DNA from: Eubacteriales bacterium
Lineage (GTDB): Bacteria > Bacillota > Clostridia > Oscillospirales > CAG-272
DNA: 61,632 nt
Direction of reading: 5' to 3'
Assembly (NCBI GenBank): GCA_045532215.1
Contig: JAZSFM010000061.1
Location: 1-61,632, forward strand
Shown: piece by piece, positions 35,718-44,705 of the stretch
Layout: the number at the start of each line of letters is the position of its first letter
How positions within the stretch are numbered: the first letter of the stretch is position 1
The notes under the pieces: generated by a model
Database searches by the model: none
Seen by the model: only the letters and a program-made list of their open reading frames with translations
Told to the model about the DNA's origin: nothing
Program-made: the position numbers and the translations under genes

Positions 35718-37418
35718 TTATTCTGCATCGTTTTGGGGAATGTCGACCACGGTGTAATGGAAAGTCATAATGCCGCTGTAAACACCGGTTTTTGAAATTT
35801 TGCTTTGGTCAATGCGAATCCAAACTTCGTCTGTTTGTTCGCTTTGGGTAAATTCTTTCAAAACACCGTCTTCGGGGATGGGAGCGTCTGCATTGGAATA
35901 TGGGAATAATTCAAAGGGGATTGTATTTCCGTTTCCGTCTTGCAAGCAAAAACTTTCACCGTCACCGGGTTCTACCCAAACGCGAATGGCTTTTTCACCA
36001 AAGAGATTTTCTACATTGTTTACTTGAATATCAAATTGCGTCCAAGAATAGCGAGAGGGGGAAATCTCATCTGTTTGGTGCAACTTGCCCACATTTACGG
36101 TGGTAGGAATGACGACTGTATACTTGGGAGAGGGAACAGAGGTGGTCACGCGAATGGGAACGTCCTTGACGTGGGAAGTGTTATCGGTTATATAAGAGAA
36201 ATCGTCGCTTTTGATTACCTTTGTGGGTGTTGCTTTTGCAATGCCGGCTTCATCGTTGCCGAGTTGTCCGTGGGAGTTGTCACCCCACGCCCAAACAGAA
36301 CCGTCCGATGCAATCATCGCAGCGTTTTGGTATCCCGCAGCAATAGCGATGGCGGTCTTTTCATCCTCATCAAAGAGAGGAACAAAAGTGTTGCTAGCAG
36401 ATTCTGCGTTATTTGGCAAACGGTTGCCGGCAGTGTAAACTTTGCCGTCAGAACCTAGCAAAACGGTTTGTTGATCAGATACGGCGATGTCAGTGATGTT
36501 CAAAGTAGCGGTGTTTGTGGTTATATTAAATTTTTTGGATGCTTCGGCATTTGTTGTTCCGTTTCCATACTGACCGTATTCATTTACGCCCATAAAACCG
36601 ATTGTGCTGTCATTCAATAGAAAAGCAGAATGATTGGCGCTCAAAGCGGCACAAGTGATGGGGGGCGTTGTCTTGGAGGTTGGGAGAAGGTAAGGGAGTT
36701 TATGGTCAGGCGTTAATTCTTCTCCCAATACAAAATTTGCCGTACTTCCCCACAAATATGCTTGTCCGTTTTCATCAATCGCAATGGCAGATGCAGCCCC
36801 TGCGCTGATTTTTGCAACGGATATGCCATTCAAAGTTTTAATTGTTTTGGGTGTAACTGAAAACTCAGCGGAACTGTCCGTCAATTCATAACCGAGTTGT
36901 CCCTTGTCGTTTATGCCAAAGGAATAAACGGTTCCGTCTCCGCTCAATGCGAGTGAAAAGCGATCTCCTGCCGCCACGGCAACAATGTTCTTGCCACATA
37001 ATTTATCCACTAGTGTGGGAACTGTAACAGTATCCTCGGTTGAAGTAACTCCCAACTGACCGGCGGAATTGTTGCCCCAAGCATAGACATTGCCATCGGA
37101 GCCAAGCAGCAAGACGTGGTCATATCCTGCACTAATGGCAATCGATTGAATGCCCGGCAGGTTGATTTTTATGGGAGTGAGTATATCTTTGTTGGTCTCG
37201 ATTGATTGCGGATTGCCAAGAACACCATCCGAGTTGTCACCCCAACCCCAAACCTCGCCTTTGTTCGTTTGTACGATGATAAAGCCGTCACCAACGGCAA
37301 TGTCGGGAGTGATGGGGTCAGAGGATGCGATGGTGGAAAGTGTTAGGGCAGAAAGAAGCATGAATAAAACGGAAAGAGATACCAGTACGCACAACGCACG
37401 TTTGGCGTGGTGATGCAT
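35718..37418 (-). CDS. Secreted RCC1-repeat (beta-propeller) protein with an additional C-terminal beta module
   Basis: Signal peptide plus repeated WGxNxxGQLG units (WGWGDNSDGVLGN, YAWGNNSAGQLG, YSFGINDKGQLG, WAWGDNSHGQLGN). Confidence 0.85.
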   Translation of the reverse strand: MHHHAKRALCVLVSLSVLFMLLSALTLSTIASSDPITPDIAVGDGFIIVQTNKGEVWGWGDNSDGVLGNPQSIETNKDILTPIKINLPGIQSIAISAGYDHVLLLGSDGNVYAWGNNSAGQLGVTSTEDTVTVPTLVDKLCGKNIVAVAAGDRFSLALSGDGTVYSFGINDKGQLGYELTDSSAEFSVTPKTIKTLNGISVAKISAGAASAIAIDENGQAYLWGSTANFVLGEELTPDHKLPYLLPTSKTTPPITCAALSANHSAFLLNDSTIGFMGVNEYGQYGNGTTNAEASKKFNITTNTATLNITDIAVSDQQTVLLGSDGKVYTAGNRLPNNAESASNTFVPLFDEDEKTAIAIAAGYQNAAMIASDGSVWAWGDNSHGQLGNDEAGIAKATPTKVIKSDDFSYITDNTSHVKDVPIRVTTSVPSPKYTVVIPTTVNVGKLHQTDEISPSRYSWTQFDIQVNNVENLFGEKAIRVWVEPGDGESFCLQDGNGNTIPFELFPYSNADAPIPEDGVLKEFTQSEQTDEVWIRIDQSKISKTGVYSGIMTFHYTVVDIPQNDAE

Positions 37419-37465
37419 AGGAAAGCCCTCCTTAAATATCGAATTTTTAAGGGGTAACGCTATTT

Positions 37466-40096
37466 TTATTTCAGCATACCCAAAAGGGTATCCTTTGCAG
37501 ATGCAAGTGCTTCGGTAATCTTGTCGGTATCACGGCCGCCTGCCATTGCGTTGTCGGGACGTCCGCCGCCCTTACCGCCGGTAACTGCGGCAACAGCGCC
37601 AACAAGCTTGCCCGCGTGCGCGCCTTTGGTTACGGCATCCTTGCCTGCAACGCACAGGAAGTTGAGCTTGCCCTCGGGAGCGATGGCAAGAACTGCAACA
37701 ACGTCGTCATAACGTGCCTTTATCTCGTCTGCGAGAGAACGAGCGGCATCGGCTTGCATATTGCCCATATCAGCGGCAACAAGACGAACGGAACCGAGCG
37801 TTTCGGCACCTGCCATAATGCTATCGAGCTTGGATGCGGCAATCTTGGAGTTGAGAGATTCGATCTCTTTCTTCATAGCCGAGATCTCACTCTGAATCTG
37901 CGCTGCACGCTTTGCAAGATCTGCGGGCTTTTGAACCTTCATTTCCTTTGCGGTCTCGGCAATCAGAGCGTTCTTTTCTGCCAAGAGACGGAGAACGCCC
38001 TCACCTGTGGTTGCCTCAATACGGCGTACGCCTGCGGCAACAGAGGACTCGGAGAGAATCTTGAAGAGCCCGATCTTTGCAGTGTTATCAACGTGTGTAC
38101 CGCCGCAGAATTCTACGGAGTTCTCACCCATGCGAACAACGCGCACGATCTTGCCGTACTTCTCACCAAACAGAGCCATAGCGCCAAGTTTCTTTGCCTC
38201 GTCAATGGGCATCTCGGTCATAGAACCGATTTGACCTGCAAGGATTTCGAGATTTACAAGATTTTCAACAGCCGCGATTTCTTCTGCGGTCAAGCCCGAG
38301 AAGTGGGTGAAGTCAAAGCGGCAAACGGTATCGGAAACGTAAGAGCCGGATTGCTCAACGTGGTTGCCGAGTACGCGACGGAGCGCGCTCTGCAAGAGGT
38401 GGCAGGCCGAGTGGTTACGCATAATTGCCTCGCGACGGTGAGCGTCAACGATTGCTTGAACGCTATCGCCAACCTTGAGCGTGCCGTTTGCAACGGTAGC
38501 CAAGTGAATGTAAATACCGTCGGTCTTCTTGGTATCGGTGACGGTCAATTCAGCGGTTTCGGTTTTGATAACACCTGTGTCACCAATTTGACCGCCGCCC
38601 TCGCCGTAGAGGGGAGTGGTGTCAAGAATAACGGTGCAGTCACCCTCGGATACTTCGTTTACAGACATATCGTCAACGAGAATAGCGAGAACCTTTGCAT
38701 CCGCTACCATATTGTCGTAACCGACGAACTTGGTTGCGGGGATGTCTGCCAAGAGGTTCTTGGAAGCATCAGACCAACCGCTGATGTTGGCACGTGCCTC
38801 GCGAGCGCGAACCTTTTGCTCTTGCATCAAGGCGGTGAAACGTGCCTCGTCAATGGCAAGACCTGCTTCCTCGGCAATCTCGCGGGTCAGGTCAATGGGG
38901 AAGCCGTAGGTATCGTAAAGTTTGAATACATCCTCGCCCGAAAGAGTGGTGAGGTTGTTATTTTTTGCATCTTCAACGAGCTTGTTGAGAATAGAGAGAC
39001 CTGCATCGATGGTGGCATCGAAGCGTTCTTCTTCCATCGCGATAACCTTGAGAATGTAATCCTTCTTTTCTGCAAGTTCGGGATAAGCACCCTCGGATTC
39101 GCCGATTGCAATTATGCCAAGCTCGGGCAGGAAGGAGCGGTTGATGCCAAGGAGTTTGCCGTGACGGCAAGCGCGGCGCAGGATGCGGCGAAGAACATAG
39201 CCGCGACCCTCGTTAGAGGGGATAACGCCGTCGGAAATCATAAAGGTTGCCGAGCGGATATGGTCGGTAACAACGCGGATGGAAATATCGGTGTTCTTAT
39301 CAAGACCGTATTCCTTGCCCGCAATAGAGCAGACCGTATCAAGCACCTTGCGAATGGTGTCGACCTCGAACATATTGTCTACACCCTGCATGACGCAAGC
39401 GAGACGCTCAAGACCCATACCGGTATCGATGTTCTTTTGTGCCAGCTCGGTGTAGGTGCCATCCCCCATATTGTTGAACTGGGTAAATACGTTGTTCCAA
39501 ATTTCCATAAAGCGATCGCAGTCACAACCGGGCTTGCAATCGGGAGAGCCGCAGCCATACTTGATGCCGCGGTCAAAGTAAATTTCGGAGCAGGGGCCGC
39601 AGGGGCCTGTGCCGTGCTCCCAGAAGTTATCGGCTTTGCCAAGGCGAACAATGTGCTCGGGGTTCACGCCAACCTTGTTTACCCAAATTTCATACGCCTG
39701 CTCGTCTTCCTCGTAAATAGAGGGCCAGAGAAGGTCGGTGGGGATCTCAAGTGTTTCGGTCAAAAACTCCCACGCCCACGGGATGGCTTGATCCTTAAAG
39801 TAATCTCCAAAGGTGAAGTTGCCAAGCATTTCAAAGAATGTGCCGTGACGAGCGGTGTGGCCAACGCGCTCAAGGTCGGGGGTGCGGATGCACTTTTGGC
39901 AAGTGGTGACGCGGTGGCGCGGAGGTTCTTCCTCACCCGTGAAGAATTTCTTCATGGGCGCCATACCCGAGTTGATGAGCAACAGAGATTTGTCGTTGAT
40001 GGGAACGAGAGGAAAAGAAGGCAGGCGCAAATGTCCTTTGGACTCAAAAAACGCCAGATACTTTTCGCGCAGTTCGTTAAGGGATGTCCATTTCAT
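37466..40096 (-). CDS. alaS: Alanine--tRNA ligase
   Basis: Full-length 876-aa AlaS (MKWTSLNELREKYLAFFESKGH..., editing-domain HxxxH/CGGTH, C-terminal DHHA1). Confidence 0.97.
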   Translation of the reverse strand: MKWTSLNELREKYLAFFESKGHLRLPSFPLVPINDKSLLLINSGMAPMKKFFTGEEEPPRHRVTTCQKCIRTPDLERVGHTARHGTFFEMLGNFTFGDYFKDQAIPWAWEFLTETLEIPTDLLWPSIYEEDEQAYEIWVNKVGVNPEHIVRLGKADNFWEHGTGPCGPCSEIYFDRGIKYGCGSPDCKPGCDCDRFMEIWNNVFTQFNNMGDGTYTELAQKNIDTGMGLERLACVMQGVDNMFEVDTIRKVLDTVCSIAGKEYGLDKNTDISIRVVTDHIRSATFMISDGVIPSNEGRGYVLRRILRRACRHGKLLGINRSFLPELGIIAIGESEGAYPELAEKKDYILKVIAMEEERFDATIDAGLSILNKLVEDAKNNNLTTLSGEDVFKLYDTYGFPIDLTREIAEEAGLAIDEARFTALMQEQKVRAREARANISGWSDASKNLLADIPATKFVGYDNMVADAKVLAILVDDMSVNEVSEGDCTVILDTTPLYGEGGGQIGDTGVIKTETAELTVTDTKKTDGIYIHLATVANGTLKVGDSVQAIVDAHRREAIMRNHSACHLLQSALRRVLGNHVEQSGSYVSDTVCRFDFTHFSGLTAEEIAAVENLVNLEILAGQIGSMTEMPIDEAKKLGAMALFGEKYGKIVRVVRMGENSVEFCGGTHVDNTAKIGLFKILSESSVAAGVRRIEATTGEGVLRLLAEKNALIAETAKEMKVQKPADLAKRAAQIQSEISAMKKEIESLNSKIAASKLDSIMAGAETLGSVRLVAADMGNMQADAARSLADEIKARYDDVVAVLAIAPEGKLNFLCVAGKDAVTKGAHAGKLVGAVAAVTGGKGGGRPDNAMAGGRDTDKITEALASAKDTLLGMLK

Positions 40097-40143
40097 AGGG
40101 GGTATATCCTTTCGATTATTTCGATAAATTTACATACGTAGCA

Positions 40144-40172
40144 AGTATAACACAAATTGCTTTCGTTGTCAA
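40144..40172 (-). promoter_or_regulatory. Sigma-A-type promoter of alaS
   Basis: Minus strand: TTGACA (40172-40167), 17 nt, TATACT (40149-40144). Confidence 0.65.
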
Positions 40173-40233
40173 TTCTTTTGTGCAAAAAAGCCGAAAAAAC
40201 TACATTATATATAAGGAAAGCGCGCGTCGGAAG

Positions 40234-40284
40234 AGAAAAAAAGGGGCTGTTGCGAGAGGGTGAAGCTCGCAACAGCTTTTTTTA
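40234..40284. terminator. Intrinsic terminator (bidirectional form)
   Basis: Stem GCTGTTGCGAG / CTCGCAACAGC flanked by AAAAAAA(GGGG) and TTTTTTT. Follows the minus-strand lipoprotein gene. Confidence 0.85.
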
Positions 40285-40980
40285 TGCGGTTCGCAATGCT
40301 TTCCAATAACAGCTTCCGTCATTTCGTTTTACAAAAACGGCGGTGTAACTCTCGGAGGTCTCTCCATTAGCTGTCAGGGTGAATTGCATGCGGTAGGTAT
40401 GTTCGGTTTCATAAAGTTCGAGAATATTTACCTCGGTGGTACATTCACGAGCTTGCAAGGGGGAGGTATAATAGCCAGCGCGAGAAAGATAGGAAAAGGC
40501 ATCTCCGCTCTTGTGGCTAACCGTGGTTCCGCCAAAAAAGCGGAAGACGACGTTTTCAAAATCTTTTTTCGAAATCAGCGTAGCTGCCGAAAGATAGGGG
40601 TAAGCACGTGCCACATCGTCAAGGGATTGACGGTTGCCTGTATAGTGGCTGTAATCGTCGCGTAGCATATCATTTAGAATTGCATCGCGGTAGAGACGAA
40701 CGGCTTCACCCGTGCCCGAAAAAGGGGAGAGATGGATGTTGTCGCTGACGATAATCGTTACCATATTGGAAAGCATTGCGGCGGCGGCACCGTCGGGTTG
40801 AAGCTGACGAAGCGGCGCTTCCGAAAAATAATCGTTTACATCAAGGCCAAAAAGACCGCGAAGCCAGAGAGCACTCGGGCCTGCCACGCAGGATACCAAA
40901 AGCACACTCAAAAGAACAAGTAAAAGGATGGTAAGTCCTATGCGACGCGTATATTGTCTTGAATGAGAAGTGTTTTTCAA
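40282..40980 (-). CDS. Lipoprotein of unknown function
   Basis: Probable TTG start at 40980, 9 nt after GGAGG. Signal peptide ends in the lipobox LVSC. The track ORF extends to 41043 with no better start. Confidence 0.65.
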   Translation of the reverse strand: MKNTSHSRQYTRRIGLTILLLVLLSVLLVSCVAGPSALWLRGLFGLDVNDYFSEAPLRQLQPDGAAAAMLSNMVTIIVSDNIHLSPFSGTGEAVRLYRDAILNDMLRDDYSHYTGNRQSLDDVARAYPYLSAATLISKKDFENVVFRFFGGTTVSHKSGDAFSYLSRAGYYTSPLQARECTTEVNILELYETEHTYRMQFTLTANGETSESYTAVFVKRNDGSCYWKALRTA

Positions 40981-41184
40981 GGGACTCAACCTCCTTCCTT
41001 CTATTCTCCTTTTTATTTTATCAAAATAGCAATATTTTGTCAATAGTTTTTCTCGAATTTTTTACCACATTTAGTATATTTCTAAGTTTTTATTGCACAA
41101 GATATATGAATTTGTCGTATGTTTAGAGCGGTTTTGTCGCATACGACGCAAATCTACGACATTTTCAAATCAAAAACCAATTTT

Positions 41185-41679
41185 TTACTTCTGGCAAATC
41201 GCTTCCAAACGGCGACACAAAAGGTGCTCGGTGGCGAGAATTTTGGAAAAAACCGAGCGCACAACGCGGTCCTCGGTGCGTCCCATTAAAGTCTCATAGC
41301 AATCAATGTTGCGGCGGCGTTCCCAAAGTGCGGCGAGCGCGGGGGAGTCCTGACATCGCGAGGGGCAGGCGCTCCGTTTGAAGTAAGGATAGCGTGACGT
41401 TTTTTGCCCATCGGCCTCACCGAGAGCGAGGAAAAGCTCGCCTAAAAGTCGAAAGCGTTCGAGGTCTTTTTGGGCGAGTTCTTCAAAAAGGTCGGAAAGA
41501 GCGGTGTCACAATCTTCACAGATGAGACTGCGGTAGATGTTATCGGAGATACTGAAAAAGGCCTCGGAGCAGCAGGTGTAGAGTGCGGCTGCCATGCGGG
41601 CATCGCGCCCGACGCAACCGCGAAGCGAGGGACGAAAAGGTGGGTAGTGGATGTATTCGTTCTTTTCAAAATCAGACAT
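41185..41679 (-). CDS. Hypothetical Cys-rich helical cytoplasmic protein
   Basis: 164-aa ORF with RBS GGGGGA and coding-like composition. Family not recognised; a ferritin-like fold is only a guess. Confidence 0.5.
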   Translation of the reverse strand: MSDFEKNEYIHYPPFRPSLRGCVGRDARMAAALYTCCSEAFFSISDNIYRSLICEDCDTALSDLFEELAQKDLERFRLLGELFLALGEADGQKTSRYPYFKRSACPSRCQDSPALAALWERRRNIDCYETLMGRTEDRVVRSVFSKILATEHLLCRRLEAICQK

Positions 41680-41810
41680 AAAAAATATTCCCCCTTAAAA
41701 TCATTCTTTATCATCCTATGCGAAAGGGGGGAGAGGAGTGCAGAGTTATAAGGGGAGAGACGACCATTGGTCGCACGCTCTTTAACGATTATAACGAAAT
41801 AAACATTTTA

Positions 41811-42039
41811 TATGTCATCCTGAGCGAAGTCGAACTTCCACCGAGTGAAGAACAAGGTGGAAGCGCGAGCCAATAGGCGAAGCGGGATCTCGTAACGACT
41901 CTCGGTGGCTTGTTAATGGGATGTTACATCGATACAGAAAGCCACCAAAACTTGTTTAGAGATCCCTTCGTCGCTGTCGCTCCTCGCTTTTTCCTCGCTA
42001 TTCGCTCGAAAAAAGTTCGACTTCGCTCAGGATGACATA
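41811..42039. mobile_element. 229-bp palindromic MITE-like element with perfect 27-bp terminal inverted repeats
   Basis: TATGTCATCCTGAGCGAAGTCGAACTT (41811-41837) is the exact reverse complement of 42013-42039. The inner arms are also largely complementary. No ORF. Lies in a divergent intergenic region. Confidence 0.7.
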
Positions 42040-42090
42040 CTGATTGATACTTTTTCTATGTCTTTAAGGTGTTCAAAATAGGTGCAGTGC

Positions 42091-42118
42091 TTGACAAATC
42101 CTTGTTTTTTGGTATAAT
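42091..42118 (+). promoter_or_regulatory. Sigma-A-type promoter with extended -10
   Basis: TTGACA (42091-42096), 16 nt, TGgTATAAT (42110-42118). Confidence 0.65.
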
Positions 42119-42156
42119 TATTATGATGATGTGATTATAACGAAAGGAGATGCCCC

Positions 42157-43176
42157 ATGAGCCGAGAATATCCGCCCTTGATACGCAAAAAGCAAAAAAC
42201 AAAAGAAGGCCATGAGTGGGTGGTCTCCAAATACAGTTATATCTATGCCATCGTCTTTTTTGCTGTGGCAATTTTGGGGCTGTTATTAGGCGAAGAATCA
42301 GGACTTTTTATTGCTCCTATACTTGCCGTAGTAGGTGTTCCGTTCCTTATTGCTGCAATCAACTGCCGAGTGACGATGAATACCGAGCAAATTACCGTGC
42401 GCAACTTTTTCCGCATTTCCAAAACCTATTCGTTTAGCGATATTGAGTCCTGGAGAAGAAATACACACTATGTTTATCTCTATCCTGTGAGCGGTCGGCG
42501 CATTTGCATCAAACGAGAGGATGATGTCGACGAGCGCACCGAGCATTTGATCGCGCGCGCCCAAAATAACGGTGCGGTGGCACGTGAGGGCGTGAGCGAC
42601 TCCAAGCTTTATTGGGGAAACTGCTCAAGACCGATTACGTGGACGCTGATCGCCCTTTTTGCCGGCATCATTGCGTTGTTTTTTACGCTTATCATGTTTG
42701 ACGAGGTAGATAATCTGCTGATGCAAAAAGAGGATCTGGAACGCCACACTTTTGTTGTGGTGGATGCGCACACCGAGGAGGAATACGTTGCGCTCTACAG
42801 TGAGAATACGCGGTATGATATTGAATACGGTGTGCTGAACGGGCAAAGCCTTGCCGACTTGGACGACTTGGTGGGAACACAGGTTACCGTTTGGGTGGAT
42901 GGCTATGTTGTTTGGGAGTTGACCGATGCAAAGGGCGTTTCTTGGTACACCTTTGAAGAGTATCAGAGTTACCGTGCAGACAGTATATGGATTGCATTGA
43001 TCTTTTTCCTCCTATTTAGCGGTGGTGGAGCGGTCTTTTTGACCTTGCTGCTGTTGGCTTACCACGCACCGCATAAGCATCCGCGCTTGTATGAAAATTT
43101 TGAAACAACGAACATTTTCGGAAAGGGAAGAGTTTATACTTTTACAGGTCTTCCACCGCAGAAAGGAAACATATGA
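42157..43176 (+). CDS. Hypothetical polytopic membrane protein
   Basis: Two pairs of TM helices separated by soluble segments. RBS AAAGGAGA. Confidence 0.65.
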   Translation: MSREYPPLIRKKQKTKEGHEWVVSKYSYIYAIVFFAVAILGLLLGEESGLFIAPILAVVGVPFLIAAINCRVTMNTEQITVRNFFRISKTYSFSDIESWRRNTHYVYLYPVSGRRICIKREDDVDERTEHLIARAQNNGAVAREGVSDSKLYWGNCSRPITWTLIALFAGIIALFFTLIMFDEVDNLLMQKEDLERHTFVVVDAHTEEEYVALYSENTRYDIEYGVLNGQSLADLDDLVGTQVTVWVDGYVVWELTDAKGVSWYTFEEYQSYRADSIWIALIFFLLFSGGGAVFLTLLLLAYHAPHKHPRLYENFETTNIFGKGRVYTFTGLPPQKGNI

Positions 43177-44033
43177 AAAAAGCAACGTTTGGCCCCGGTG
43201 GAAACGGGGATTGGTTTTATTCCGAAGGAAAAAAGAGCACCCTGCAAGCACCCGGGTGGCTCAAAGAAAAAGGGCTTGACGCCTTTGAATACGAGGCAGG
43301 TAACGGCATTACGGGTGGCGAGGCAACTCTGCGCGCCATTGGTGAAAAGGCACGCGAGCACGGCATCCTGATGTCGCTCCACACGCCTTATTTCATCTCG
43401 CTTTCGGGTGTCGATCCCGAAAAGCGCCTCAAGAGTATCGAGTATATTCAAAAATCGCTGTGGGCGGCGGATCTTTTGGGAGCGGATACCATCGTCATCC
43501 ATAGCGGCAGCGCCGCAAAGATCTCGCGCGAGGAAGCGATGGCACTCTCCAGAGACACGCTTGAAAAGGTTGCTGAAGCCGTTGGCGAGACTTCTATCCG
43601 TCTTGGCATTGAGACGATGGGTAAAGTCAATCAGCTTGGCACACTTGCCGAAGTCATCGAACAATGCAAGGTCGCGCCCATCTATGCACCCGTGGTGGAT
43701 TTCGGTCACCTCAATGCACGCAACATCGGCGGATTGTTTCCCGATGTGGATAGCTACCGCCGCGTGTTCGACGAGATCGGCACATCCCTTGGTGACAATT
43801 TTGCTCGTGATCTGCATTGTCATTTTTCCAAGATCGAATATACGGGGGCAGGGGAAAAGAAGCACCTGACCTTTGCGGACGAGACCTTTGGCCCGTGGTT
43901 CGAGCCGCTTGCCGAGGCAATCGTGCGCGAGGGCGTAGCACCGCGTATCATTTGCGAGTCGGCAGGCACACAAGCCGAGGATGCGCGCTTTATGAAGGAT
44001 GCTTACCTGCACGCGCTAGGGAACTTGGGATAA
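43173..44033 (+). CDS. Endonuclease IV-like TIM-barrel protein (xylose-isomerase-like fold)
   Basis: Metal-ligand pattern in Nfo order (LHTPY, IHSG, GIETM, DFGH, HCHFS, ICES). ATGA overlap with the upstream gene. Confidence 0.7.
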   Translation: MKKATFGPGGNGDWFYSEGKKSTLQAPGWLKEKGLDAFEYEAGNGITGGEATLRAIGEKAREHGILMSLHTPYFISLSGVDPEKRLKSIEYIQKSLWAADLLGADTIVIHSGSAAKISREEAMALSRDTLEKVAEAVGETSIRLGIETMGKVNQLGTLAEVIEQCKVAPIYAPVVDFGHLNARNIGGLFPDVDSYRRVFDEIGTSLGDNFARDLHCHFSKIEYTGAGEKKHLTFADETFGPWFEPLAEAIVREGVAPRIICESAGTQAEDARFMKDAYLHALGNLG

Positions 44034-44045
44034 GAGGAGGCAAGT

Positions 44046-44468
44046 ATGGATGCTCAAATTTATACCCAAGGTCATTTTATGGAAATGGATTCAATGCACG
44101 ATTATACTGCTACGAAAATTTCCGTACAAGATAACACGTTGAGTGTTGTTTATGGAAAACTTGACCAAGAAGGTATTAAAGAAGACGGATCACCTTACTA
44201 CAAATACAAAAAAGTGACGATCGAATATGAAATTCAATCGTATTGCGACGCCAAGATTTTTAAGAAGAGTCGTTATAAATTGATTGATCTGTTGCGAGAA
44301 AAGAATCAATTTGATAAGCTGACAAAAAGCGGTACGTTTGAATCTTATAAATATTCTGTTGATAATTTTGGAGAATTGACTCTGCATTTTGATATTCGAT
44401 TCAAAAATAAAGTTAGGAGTTGCGAAATCGAATTGGATGCTGAAAAAATCACATATCATTGGGAATAA
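44046..44468 (+). CDS. Hypothetical small cytoplasmic protein; visibly AT-richer than its surroundings
   Basis: 140 aa with RBS AGGAGG and no recognised motif. Followed by a strong terminator. Confidence 0.6.
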   Translation: MDAQIYTQGHFMEMDSMHDYTATKISVQDNTLSVVYGKLDQEGIKEDGSPYYKYKKVTIEYEIQSYCDAKIFKKSRYKLIDLLREKNQFDKLTKSGTFESYKYSVDNFGELTLHFDIRFKNKVRSCEIELDAEKITYHWE

Positions 44469-44486
44469 GAAAATCTAAAAAGCATA

Positions 44487-44532
44487 ACAACACCCCGGCA
44501 GACCTAATCATCTGTCGGGGTGTTGCTTTTTT
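44487..44532 (+). terminator. Intrinsic terminator
   Basis: Stem CAACACCCCGGCAGA / TCTGTCGGGGTGTTG followed by CTTTTTT. Confidence 0.88.
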
Positions 44533-44536
44533 AGAA

Positions 44537-44656
44537 GATGTAACATAGCATCAGTAAGCCACCGAAACTCGTTGCGAGATCCCGCGGCGGCTTGCGCCTC
44601 GCGCTTTTGCCTCGCTTTTCGCTCAGCAAAAGTTCGACTTCGCTCAGGATGACATA
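44537..44656 (+). repeat. Half copy (right arm) of the MITE-like element at 41811-42039
   Basis: Colinear with 41920-42039. The terminal 27-mer AAGTTCGACTTCGCTCAGGATGACATA (44630-44656) is identical to 42013-42039. Confidence 0.75.
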
Positions 44657-44705
44657 CAGAGATTTTATTTGCGATTGTCCTTTGTTTTTCGGGGCGTCGA
44701 GGACG

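Noticed and set aside
37616-40141. 841-aa ORF on the plus strand
   Set aside because: It is antisense to full-length alaS, with no motif. It is a shadow ORF typical of GC-biased third positions.
40097-40281. Possible T-box leader upstream of alaS
   Set aside because: Only about 70 nt separate the predicted promoter from the start codon, and the rest is the upstream gene's terminator. No specifier-loop or T-box sequence is visible.
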